A program made the position numbers and the translations under genes. 64,000 nucleotides of DNA from Tubiluchus corallicola (taxonomy: Eukaryota > Animalia > Priapulida), in NCBI GenBank assembly GCA_030141605.1, contig JAQGDQ010000161.1:124001-188000 (forward strand). Reading direction: 5' to 3'. The notes below the pieces were generated by a model. It searched no databases, was not told where the DNA came from, and saw only the letters and a program-made list of their open reading frames with translations. Of this stretch, positions 12,158 to 24,300 are shown one piece after another (position 1 is the first letter of the stretch; every line of letters begins with the position of its first letter).

Positions 12158-15100
12158 TCAGGAAAGAATGTGTTCAAGAATACCCTGTCTGATGAGATGT
12201 TCACATTGCGACCGCGGTAAGAAATGCTGTTAAACAGAAAAAACCATACTCAGCTGATTTATACATATTCATCCCACAAGTACTTACAATAATGTACTTT
12301 GTGAAAATAAAAATTCATTTTTATAAGTAATAAGCCACAAACCTGATAAATCACCTTCTACACTTTAAAGAAGATCATTGTTAGTTAATGTTAGCTTGAA
12401 CATTCCAATGTTTTTTTTTCATTTTTACTGATTTATCAATTACAACCATCATTTAAAAACAAATTTTTAATGTAATTTTGATTGAATTTTAAAGTTAGGA
12501 TAAAGTTTTGCTCGAGAATTTATAAGATTTTATAGTAGCGAAAAACTGCTATTACAGTTATGGTAGTAAAAACATTTGTGACCTGTTGGACTAATGTGTC
12601 AGAATTACTTATTAATAGATATTTAAAAACTAAATGAGAAATAAATTTAGTAACTGTACCTGACTGTTTTTAGTAAGTATAATTATATCACCATCTTCGG
12701 TTTCAAATTCACCATGATCCACCAGACAACGCACCTGAAACGGCTCACCTTCTTACCTTTTTGTAATTTAGTAATTTCGTACTTCACATTTATAATTATG
12801 CATTTGCTTTTCATTTTACTGTTTTAAAAACAAAAGACACTTGGAGATTAGCAGTAAATCTCAAATGCAAATGAGTGAAACATGAATGTACCTATAATTT
12901 GCAAGCCTATGTTTAGTTCTCAACATTTACCAAATCACTAAGCAGTCTTTTCCATTGCCTAAAGATATTCCCTAAAACAGTTCAAAGATTAAGCAATATA
13001 AAGCTAGTTTTACTTTTGTGCTAAATAAGTGCGAAGTTTTAATTTTTTTATTTTTCAGTACTTAAAACTGAAAAGAATGTATCCAAGTATAGAGTGTTAG
13101 CAGGTAAGTCCTATATATCACAAGTGGCTTTTAACAGAACAATAAAATATAATGATATATGAAACTATTGGAAACTTACATGTAATGCACAACTAAGTGA
13201 TTCTAGCTACTAGCAGGTTTATAAGAAAATAACTAAAGTTATACGCAGTATTAAAAGAGAAGTTCATTGAGGAGCGGATGACCACATTTAGAAATACTGA
13301 TTTGCATTGTTCGACACATACCTCTATATAAAGTGATTTTGGTGGTTTTATATCTTGTGTTAGATCCAGTCCACCATGACTGCCTATGGCACGCATGTAC
13401 GAAGCTAACGATCTACAGTAGGCGGTAAACCACTGGATCTAAAATAAACATGACTGTAAATTCTTTGAAAACAGCCAGAAGTTGTCACCTTGATTAAATC
13501 GTTAGACAATGGTTTATTAAGAGGTTTATGTGGCTGCCTGATCATGTATGCCTAAGAAATATTGAGCACCTTGAATTTAAGCTGAATACACCTGGTACCT
13601 TAATACCGATAATGCACCATAGAAGACACTGAGATAAACCAGAATGGTTTGGAAAGTTATAACTAAACATGAGGTGTTCACATTCAAATTAGATTCCTAT
13701 CATGCATTAGAAACACACACAATAATAATGTGGCAAAGAAACAGTTTTAGCTTACCGTATTTACTTTTTTATGGCAGGGCCCTTATTTTTTCAGATTAAA
13801 CTAATTACGGGCATTTATTCAAACTGGCGCTTATTACTTTTTAACTCGTTTACTCCTTATGCACACTGGATATCTGCAACAGTACAGCATATTTCTACAT
13901 CACTGTGGCTAAGTTAGTTATATCATTCACTGAGATAAAGTGTTTATATGTTTCACCTGTCGATGACTCATTCATCACTTAGATAGTGCGCATGGACTAG
14001 TATAGCAGAGGAAGCCAGCATCACGTAAATAGCACCTGGGCGGTTATTCAAACACGGCTGTTTATTGATTTTTTCATTCTGTTTATTTGAGCGCTTATTT
14101 AAACATGACCTTAACTAACCATGCTGCTAAAATGAGTAAATACGGCAAATGGTGCAAATGAGAAGCATATGTAGGCCCAATAACTTTCAGTGTTAAAGAA
14201 TTACAGTCACTGGCCTACCTCCTGTTCTGACAAGCATTGCTTTACATCAGGTGGCAGCACACTTCCAAACTGCCAGCGCATGTCACGTATTTGTGCCAGT
14301 CGATTGTACCTAACAGATACAATAAGACAAAGAAAATTACAGCTAGATTTGAAAAAAATTAAAGCAGATAAAACCTAATATTAAGAATAAACAATTAAAA
14401 AATCTCCAAGAAATATCATTTGACAACATAAAGCACAAAAAAAGCCTAAAAATTCATCTTAAAATTTTATATTGTTTGCCGTCTTGTTGCATACAGAGCT
14501 TGCATTAACAGTAACTCTGTTATACAACTTGTAATTTAAACTCCTGTAGGCGCAGCCATTATGACGATAAGTTTAGATAACATTGTGTGAAATTTGAAAA
14601 AATAATCAGATTCAGTGCTCTTTTACCAGGTAGTGAGATTATTATTACGAAGATGGATTTTGACCAACCCCCTAATGTTAGTAATGGGGATGATTGAGAA
14701 GCCCAGTCATGCAAATGTATGTACGTGTATAAAACAGAATACATGCGGTAATTCAATAATTCCAACCTTCCTTTTTCTCTCAAAAAATGAACGTTGTATT
14801 GGCTTGCTAATTTTTATCCAAAAGACTGTTCACGTCTTTCTTTTGAAGATTTGGCGCTACTTGTCATGCAATAGTTTATTTTTTACATTACAATATTTTA
14901 AATTATTGAGAATTTTCTTTTCCAATTACATTACTCTTTCAAACAGCTAAGTGTAGTGCTAAGTAATATAACTTTATATGAAGTTTTTTGAAACATATAT
15001 TAAAATTTACCTATTTTCTTCCCCTTTAAGTAACTATTATTGTTTAGGTGGCATGTGTGGTAGTGTGATTGTAATAACATGACATGTGTGGTAAACCACC

Positions 15101-18100
15101 ATAAACAATCTCGGAAAGCAATAATTTGATATAGATATAAAAGTCAATCAAAGGTAAATACTGGTCTCAAACAAATAAAAGCATTAGGTCATTCTTTTCT
15201 TAAACTGTAAACTTACACATAAGCCATTAAGCATCGACGATTTCTTTCCAAGCAAGCATGACGCAAGTGTACGCCACTGAACAGCCCCTGCTGCCCCTCC
15301 ACTGTCATACTCCTAGAAAATTATATGAAATTTAGTGAATACACAGAAGCAAATTATATATGCAAAACACATAAACAGACTGTAACTGCTGCATCAAAAC
15401 AAAAGTCAGACGTAATATATGTTTTGATATTATTGCACTTAAACAGGAAACTAAACTTTGTTTAATTGTTATTCTAACTCTATTACTATCTATTACACCA
15501 TAGTGCTGTTTTCGAACTGCCTTCGTAGGAGAAGCAGCTGCAATGTGAATCATGCTCTGGTTCCTACTGAAGATTCTGGCCTTAACAAGTTTCAACTGAT
15601 TTTGTGAAAAGGAATAGTTTCCTCAGGTAAAGCACTGCATGTAGCACTGCACTGTAAAATAATATTTAAAATTGAAGTGTTGGAAAAAATTATAATATAC
15701 AATATATACAACAAACCACTACCTACCGCCAGGTACCTTTTTGGGTTGGTATCAGCTTGATGAAATTCAGTTAATATCTTTTTATTATATTACAAGTATA
15801 ATTCTGTTCCAAGCAAATGTCTAGCTATTGTGCTACATAGTTTGTGTAATTTATAATTTTTGTTTTGTAACCCTGATGTCGTACTTTATTGTATTAACAA
15901 TTATTGTAGTTTAATTTGTATCTGTAACACTTTTGCATATACTGTATATATTTTTTAGATTAGCTTACTATTTTTGTAAACACTGTACATTCCTAATGTA
16001 TAATTGCACCGGGTGCATTTGTCTTCAGCAGTGTTTTGTTTTAGAACAACTACACCAAGCATCTGTGTTTTTTAAGCAATTTATTCTATGAAAAATGAAA
16101 ATTTGACTTATTAACGGAAGCATTTTAAGCAATGCTGTCTAGCATCATTGGCCTAGACGTCACAACTGAAAGTTTTACTTCATGTAGGTGTATGGTTAGA
16201 CCTTCTTTACTCATAATAAACTCAAGCCAAGTTATTTAATCAGTAATAAGTGTTTACAAAATACAGAAATGCACAAGCTTACACATCTTGTTGATTCTGT
16301 TCAAAAAGACCACGACATTCTTCTAAGACTTGTCGTATGCCATCTTCCTGAAAAATATAAACTTATTTGTTGACTAGATCATTTGAAACTAATAACATAG
16401 TCAATTATTCTAATCTAATCTACTGCAAAATAACTTATCTGCTTTTGTTTCAGCAGCCATGCACAGTCAGCCATATTATAACAATAACAAGTAAAAACAC
16501 ATTACACGGAACTTTGTACGTCAAGTGCTTGACTTAATCTAGTGGTTTACCTTGCCAAACAAAAAGGATAGGATAACTGGCATCTTCTGTTAAGACTTAA
16601 TTTCTTGCTGGTTAATACATTCTCGTGCTCAAGAAAAGCACATGTACTGCTTGCCGCTTTCTATTTTTAATATCATTTAAAGTGTTTAGAAGAGTGCCTA
16701 TATACTTGCACTTTTACTATGACTGATTGCAATCTCTTGAGTACTACACTTTTCTGTTTTTGACTGGTTTAATTGAAGATTTCTTTTTCCTAGTTTTTCC
16801 GGAAAATCCCTTTTCCTATGTCAATTTGATACACTAGTCCAGCTCAAATCATCTGTATATTGTTGATCACCAGCAATGGTTCATAGGATTCCAAAGCAGG
16901 GTAGGTGTAGTTCAGAACATGTTGTGGAAGGCTATCACAGACAGTGATATCGTAATCATGATCATCATTTGAGGTTTAGATCTTAAGTACGTTTGTCCGG
17001 TAGAACATGAAAAGTACAGGATTAGGCAGTCCCTCTGGGGGACTCCAACTTTCTTAATAAATATTCTTCCTAAGGTTTTCCAAGTTTTACACTAAGTTTA
17101 ACATCCTTTAATAGAATTGTAGCCATGTGCATTTCATTTGGTTGTAGCATAGTTTGTTGGTCATCAAAAAGAATTCTCTGTACAGTATCTAATGCCTTGC
17201 ACAGCGACAAGACAGTGACTTGGTAAGAACTGAAAGTGATTGCTTTTTCTGCTAGTATTTTTGCTGACATTATTAATTTAATAGTGCTTCTGCTCTCTTG
17301 ACTTAGTGGAATGTTATCATTTAATCTGTCATACAGGTGTCTGAACAAAATTTTCCTTAGCAAACTTAACAGTACAACAGGTCTTTGAGTTTCAATTGAG
17401 CCTTCCTTCATTTTTGATTTTGGTATAGGCACTAATATCCCGACTGCTCAACTTCTTTTGTAGGTAGAGTCCTGTTGCAGCAAAACTGTTGAGCAAATTT
17501 GATATTCCAACACTAAGGGACAAAAAGTGATTCCATTGCCAATGGTTTAACCTCAGGAATATTTTTTACATTAATGTTGTTGTAAGCCGTTTTAAAAAAT
17601 GCTGTTATAATTTCTGATGATTCTAGCTCATTAACAGTAACCCCATCATCAGCTTCAACAAATGTCCTGCTTTTTGCTTTACATCTGTTGACTTTTCAGT
17701 CTGTTTTATACATCCTACTACTTCACAGAGTCATCTTTGCTGTTTTCAATTTCTGCAATATTTTCTAATAATTTTTCTTCCTTAATATGGCGGACCACGT
17801 CTCTCATTTCTTTCAGTTTCTCACTTTGTAACTTTTAGAAATTTCTGTCTAAGTATTCAGCAGCATTTCGCTTCAACCTAATTACTTTAATGTCCGAGGT
17901 AAGGTGTTAAGATGGATTGAGGCATTTTTAAATGGCCCAACTAAATTCTTTTTTAAGAGTTCAAGAGTTTACTCATTTCAATACTGCATCTTACAATAAT
18001 ATTGCTAAAATACAGATAATTATCCAGCAAAGTAAATACAAATACAATATAAAACAGATAATATAAGTAAGTTAGTAGTTACTAGTAGTTAGTAGTCTTT

Positions 18101-20626
18101 AGTAGTTAGCATATTATACACGTGTAACTTACAAAACAAATAATTCTGATGTATACACTTTGAACCTAAAAGCATAGCTTGGCAGACTAAACTGTAAGTG
18201 GAATCTTAAAAAAAGGATAAATGAGATAATGAAATAATGTCATTTAATTTCAATTCAATTCAACTCTAATTTCTTTCTGTTCAGCTGATAATTTGATGAC
18301 TTGTTCTTTGCCAAAGAGAATAACCAAAAACTTCCTTTGATGCTTGTGTACATGCATTAACAATGTTATCCCAATGCCTTTTCCATAGCTTGTGTAATTT
18401 CTTTTTAAATGATGTATAACTTTCTCCTGATATTTGAATTCAGTATCTTGAATTTTTCATTTGTCACAATGAAATTGCCTAAATATGTTATCCTTTGCCA
18501 GAAATGCCAACTGCTTCTTAATTTAAATTGAACTTTGCAATTACTAGTCTGTGATCTGAGAAAATTTCAGTGCAGTTCTATGATCTTGCATCATTTACAC
18601 TAATTTTGTATCAACTCACTTAGTTGTGCAAGATCCAAAAGATATTCTCCACTGTTTTTATTTCATGTTTCCTAAATTTGCCAATATTGTCCGAAAAATA
18701 ATTATACCTGCACTGGTTTTTGCGTTAAATAAGCTTTTGAGATACAAGCTTTTATGCCATCTTACAGCATTTATACATAACAAAAACGGAAGCATTGAAA
18801 TGGGAATAACTGTGTAAAGAGCTACAGTGCTAAGACATTTAAACATGTATTGATAACCCGTTAGATTTTTGAACAAGAGGCTCTCGACCCACAAACTTTA
18901 CTCATAAAATAGTACTGCAGTATGACTTTAATAATTACTCTGCTGTAAAGAAGAGAAGAAAGACAGAGTATTTCCTGATATTTATGATAATATCCGTAAT
19001 GGCCTGTGGATTAACTAATTTGTAGAGTTATAAGTAACAGCATTCAAAGTACGAATCGATAGCTCGTTATTCAATAATTGAGAGAAAAAATTAAATTGAG
19101 TATTAGAGTACATTTTCTGAGCCACAGATTCTTGCCATGCTGTAGTATTTTCAGTTTTATGAATATTAATGTAGTTAGGATTATTAAGTTAGGTAAAGAA
19201 AATAGAATATAGTTGAGTAAGAGCTTAACATTAATCAGCGTAAGTTAATAGCAATTGCTTTTTAAGTTTAGAGATCAAGATATAGATACTGTTAGAATCT
19301 TTAACATTACTGTTAAAACAATTCGAGAATTTAACAGCTTGATATTTGATAGTACTTAATCCATGAGTGGTATAGAATCTGGGCGTAAAATATAGACCAC
19401 AAGTGGCAGATCTGGGTTTCATAGTTATGGATTTCAGATATGGTAGTAAAATAGTTAGAGAATAGTTCAGGTAAGTTCTTATTTACAAAATGATACATGA
19501 ATCTAGCCAGCTCTAATTGGTAAATTTCATTAAGTTTTAACAGTTTAAGTTTTACATAAGAGGGTGTAGCATGAGCACGATATGGGCTAAATGTAATGAT
19601 TTTCACCATCTTATTCTGGGCTGTAATGAGTGGTTTTAGGACAGATGTTTTTGCAGTACCAAAGCACAGGATACAATACTGGAGATAAGGATATGCAAGT
19701 GAGTAGTAAGGCATTCATAAGATGAAGGTGTCTAAGAAATATTGCGCTTTAGCAAAAAGACCAATGAGCTTATTAAGTTTATACGTGACTGATTTAATTT
19801 GGGTTTTCTATGACAATGTATGATCATTGTACAAACCTAAATATTTTATATTATCGGCTGCAAATAATTTATGATCCCCCATAAACAGTTTAAAAGTATT
19901 ATGTGCATCAAGGCTTGGCTAGAAATAAGCATATATTTTGTTTTTTCATAGTTTATTGTTAACTTATTAGCCCTCATCCATGTATCTATCTTGTCTAGTT
20001 CATTGTTAGTCTTGAGTTGAAGCTAGCTAAGATTAGTACCATGTAAAAATAGGTTCGTATCATCTGCAAATAACCGGACGTGGAAATCGGAACAGTGTGC
20101 CAAATCATTGACGTAAATTAAGAAAAATAGGGGCCTAATGTAGAACTTTGGAGAACTCCACAACTTATGCTAGTGATATCTAGGTATTGTTTATGCAAGT
20201 ATATTGTTTGCGAATGCCTTTGACAGGTCAAGAAATATGCCACAAGTTGTTAATTTTTTATCTCAGTTAGAACGAATAGTATCCATTATTTCTGCCGTAG
20301 CGAGCATTGTTGAGTAGTTTTTCCTGAAGCCAAACTGGTATTTGCATAAGATGTGGCAACTGGCAAAAAAGTTGGGAAGTCTAGAATATATTGCAGATTC
20401 AAAAACAGAGTCAACCACAAGACAAGTGGAAATAAGGAAACGGAGGGACGCCCTTTAACGTAAAATAAGTTACGCTTCAGGCACTTTAAAGCAAGACTTT
20501 AACTCAACTTTAAGGATTATTATGACCTTAACAATGAAATGTTTGCTTGCTTACATTGTAAGGTGGCAAAGCACCAGCATTTCTGTGCAATTCTTTAATC
20601 AGTTCTAATGCTTTTGTACCATACAT
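12158..20626 (-). CDS. GINS1: DNA replication complex GINS protein PSF1 (194 aa), complete
   Basis: Minus-strand exons 20555-20626, 16283-16347, 15217-15312, 14219-14309, 13322-13438, 12660-12734, 12158-12226 (585 nt), all GT-AG and in frame. Protein: [115 protein letters not shown]. Confidence 0.97.
13755..14145. mobile_element. Tc1/mariner-type MITE
   Basis: TIR CCGTATTTACT / AGTAAATACGG, preceded by TA (right flank CA, probably a mutated TSD). Confidence 0.65.
16585..18830 (-). mobile_element. Fragmented RTE-clade LINE (endonuclease and reverse transcriptase remnants) in GINS1 intron 1
   Basis: ORF 17070-17432 ([35 protein letters not shown]) is RT-like. FNAKT endonuclease motif near 18720. 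Frameshifts and stops throughout; probably interrupted ~17.9-18.3 kb. Boundaries approximate. Confidence 0.8.
19100..20430 (-). mobile_element. 5'-truncated CR1/L2-clade LINE remnant
   Basis: RT motifs [15 protein letters not shown] and [10 protein letters not shown] (~20050-20145). ORF 19331-19714 ([45 protein letters not shown]) is a typical ORF2 C-terminus. Confidence 0.85.
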
Positions 20627-21335
20627 CACTTTTTAAACTTCTCACTTGAAAAACTAAATAAATACAAAAGCAGACTAGCAACCAATATTTACAGTTACTA
20701 TCAAACTATTTGAGTACACAAAACTTTATAAAATAAAAAATGATTTTCGCGGTTCTACAAGTGACACTGTACTAAAATCTTTGCGCCAGTTCAGAACATG
20801 GCTCGCACCCAAAAGGTTTTTCATATTGGCCCGTAAAATTGTGTGAAAGCAGTACGAAGCAAAGTCAAAACTGTGTCAGTCTCCGAATTAATAATGATAT
20901 TATAGTACACTGTATTGTGCATTTTTTTAGTTTACCTGTCATTCAAAGTGTAAGTTCATATATCATTTATTTTTTTCTAAAGTTCAAAAACAAGTATGTG
21001 ATAAAAAATCCTCAGTGAAAAAATGAAAAACATCTGGGCTTACCGAAAAGTCCTAACTTATAGTATTCTGAAATAATAAAAATTAAAATTCACAAATAAC
21101 CATTACCAAGCTATCACCCAAACTGTTACAGATGACCAAAAACTATTTTTTTGGCATTTGTAGTTGTATGCTGACGCTGAATTAGTATATCATAGTACTA
21201 GTAGTGCAGCAGCAAGAATAACTAAACACACCACCTATTTTCACCCACTATCATTTTTCTTGTATGTAAAATAATAACCATATGACAAAGTATTGTGTGT
21301 AGGATGTTTGAGTTTACGAGATATGAGCAGCTAAA
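20627..21335. promoter_or_regulatory. Compact divergent (bidirectional) promoter and 5' UTR region of GINS1 and ABHD12, with E2F-like sites
   Basis: 709 bp between the divergent ATGs. TTTCGCGG at 20745-20752 and TTTGCGCC at 20780-20787. CCAAT/ATTGG near 20682 and 20825. Confidence 0.65.
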
Positions 21336-24300
21336 ATGGAACAGATTACCAAGGAACAACCAGTGAATGTCGGAAATGAGGTTACATCTGCTACAGACAA
21401 TGTAAAAGACAATTTAACAAGGTAGATGTATTTTTTAGTCATTGCTTAATATGTTTCTGCAAAGTTTGTGTATGTAACTCTTCTTACAGGCTATAACAAA
21501 ATTTCATATGTTTTACATTCAGTAGCAACTCAATAACAACAACTTAAAAGCAGACCAAACCTGAATGCAAAAGTTTCGGTCTGAAGTAAACATTCAGGCT
21601 AGAAAAAATTTGTGAACTTTATGAAATGGCATGTTCATTCACAATCAAAACAATCACATTTTCAACAATATCATTTTTATTTGACATGAAACGTAAGTGA
21701 CTGGATTGAGTCACTGGTTACTGCATTTATAATGCAGCTTGTAGAACTAAACAGCAATAAAATGTTGAAACATTTACTGTTTTTTAGATGGTGGATATGG
21801 CACATGACAAAGGTGCTTGGTGTGAGTCTCTGTGTCGTCTATGTTGCTGTTCCCATTGTCCTCAGGTTCTTTCCTCATCTAATTCTTCATGCTATTTTTC
21901 TAAACCATGGTGAGTGTCTACTGTTATCACTCATTCATGTTTGCATTTATCACCAAAAATACTGCTTAGACATGATGGTATAAACTTAAAATTACTTGAA
22001 TTTTAAAACCAAACTTAAAAAACAGGAAATTTGGAAAACCTGGAACATAGACTGCATTTAAACCAGGGATCTCCTGCTTTCAATGCAGACAGCTTCAAGA
22101 CTACTGTGTTCTCAGCGATAACGACAGTTTAAAGTTCATCCCAGTTTGATTGGTTATAGCACCTGCTTTACAAACAGAAGATGTCTGATCAGGCCCTATT
22201 TCAGGGGGGGGGTAAGTGGGGGTACTTCCCCGGGGCCTCACCCTCCAGGGGGGCCTTGCGCCGAGGTAACTTTTTTGCTTTATGCGAACATACTGCCTCT
22301 TCTCTTCCTCTCTCTCTCTTGCCGCACGCACGCCGTTTGCCTTATGCGGCTCGGTGCCGATGTTCAGCTGTTTTCAATTTTGGAATTTCTAACATCGGCT
22401 TGTACGGAAGTGAGAGTACGGTATTACATATTGCAAAGATGTTGTTTTTGATTTGACTATTTGACAAGTATTAAGGACTGGTCTTGAGAATAAAGCAGTT
22501 TTTCTTTCAATTGTTCTTTCCTTTAACAACTGCATAACTGCATATTTTCTCTTCGAAAATGCTTCTCCGGCATTCTAGCAGTTCAAAAATTTTTTGAATT
22601 GAGGTGGCCTCACACGCCCCACTTCCCCGGACCTCGCTTAAGCTGAAATAGGCCCTGTGTCTGATTCAAATCCAGGCTGTATTACAGCTTTTCCACATTT
22701 CTTGTTTTGCAATTGATAGTGACTTCAAAGTTCAATTAATTATGGGTTTATACTGTCATTGATAATAATAATAATAATCTTGATGTCAAGTTTACAAATA
22801 ATTTTAATATAAGTATATAATTTTGTGTCATATCATTAGGAATGTATGAAATACAAAACCCTAGTTTTGGTACCTGCGGCTCTGACTCTTCTATGAATAT
22901 TTGTAATTAGTGTAAGTAATCATGGTGGGAGGTAGTAGGGCAGCGAAGCCAGATTTTTGTTTGTATTCATATCCGCCTGTATTACAATGCAATCTATATT
23001 TTTACCGAATATGACTCCATTAACACAATAATTGCTCTTGCTTCTGTAGCCCTGGTGTCAAAATTTAGGCAGTTGATTCTGGAAATTTAAAGGGACAAGA
23101 GACGCAGATTTGATACGACATTAGCTTGTTCTATGAAGTAACTGGTTCTTGTTGAATACCTGGTCAGGTGCTCTGAGACACGTATATTCATCAGTTGTAA
23201 TCAGTAACTATAATTATAAGGCATGTATGTACCCGCATACACCTCGAGTGCGAGATTTTTTTAGTGGTGCTCTTCACTGACATTCAGATGGTTGTTAAAA
23301 CACTATGCATTAAGAGATAAGCATTTTAGACTTATTTATATTGATCATCTCTTTTTAACTCATTAATGCACCAAGATATGTAGCTTAGAAATCTTTCATT
23401 AATCATAACATCTCTGTGCGCTCACGCCTGCTCTTTGGATATTAAAAATGATGATTTTCGAATTATTGATTTTCATCTCTCAATTTGATATTATTGCATT
23501 GTAAATTATTTAATTTGAATCATCTTTCAGTTTTAATACCTGAATGAGAGATGTGAATGTATTGATGCGTCTTGATTAATAAAATACCACTCCGTTTAGT
23601 ACATATTATTCTTTTGGAGACAAGGTATTCTGTATTTAAGTTCAGATTAGAAGTATCGATTCCAAACTCATAACTTGCCTTTCAATTCAAGTTGATGATG
23701 GCTTTTTGCACCCGACTTCAAATATGTGAGAACTTAGTGCTTCTAACCTCAAGAATTTTAAGATTGAAGTTAACAATTTGAACTCTAGAGCTTCAGATCC
23801 TATTTGGGGCATTTAATACTGGAGAAAATATTTTTCTTGTCATATGTCTGTATTAACACTTACTGCTATTATGAATAAGAATGGTTCTTTAGTGATTTTT
23901 GGGTGTCATTGACAAGACTTTGTGTTTCAGTTATATGGCCTCCGTTCATAGACTTGAATCATCCTCAAGATTTTAGATTATCCGGTACCAGAGTCTTTCA
24001 TGTAGAAACAGAGCCTGGAGTTACTGTAGGAGTTTGGTAAGTATAACGCATTTACATTGCTTTATAGAAATGTACACATCATCACCAGTTTCATTTATAA
24101 ACAGGGGTATCAAAAGAATTCTGTGTTGAGAAAGTTTTCAATAAACCATTTGAAAAAATAATTCACCATTGCTATAACAGCTTTTGGCTAGCTTGTTTAT
24201 TTTTTATGTTAAATGTATTTTTATATTTTAGGCAACTTTTGCCAAAGAGTTTGATTCCTGTAATGAAAAACTCAGAAAAGTATTTTCAAAATGTTTTAGC

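Noticed and set aside
21490-21585. Extra ABHD12 exon after acceptors at 21489 or 21522
   Set aside because: Stops in the required frame; exon 1 joins exon 2 in frame without it.
22101-22456. Three overlapping GC-rich ORFs
   Set aside because: They lie almost entirely within the hAT MITE and SINE head and show no protein-like motifs.
22900-23870. Possible degenerate non-LTR retroelement (restriction-like endonuclease type) on the minus strand
   Set aside because: Only vague motif resemblance with many stops; it needs a BLASTX or Dfam search before it can be called.
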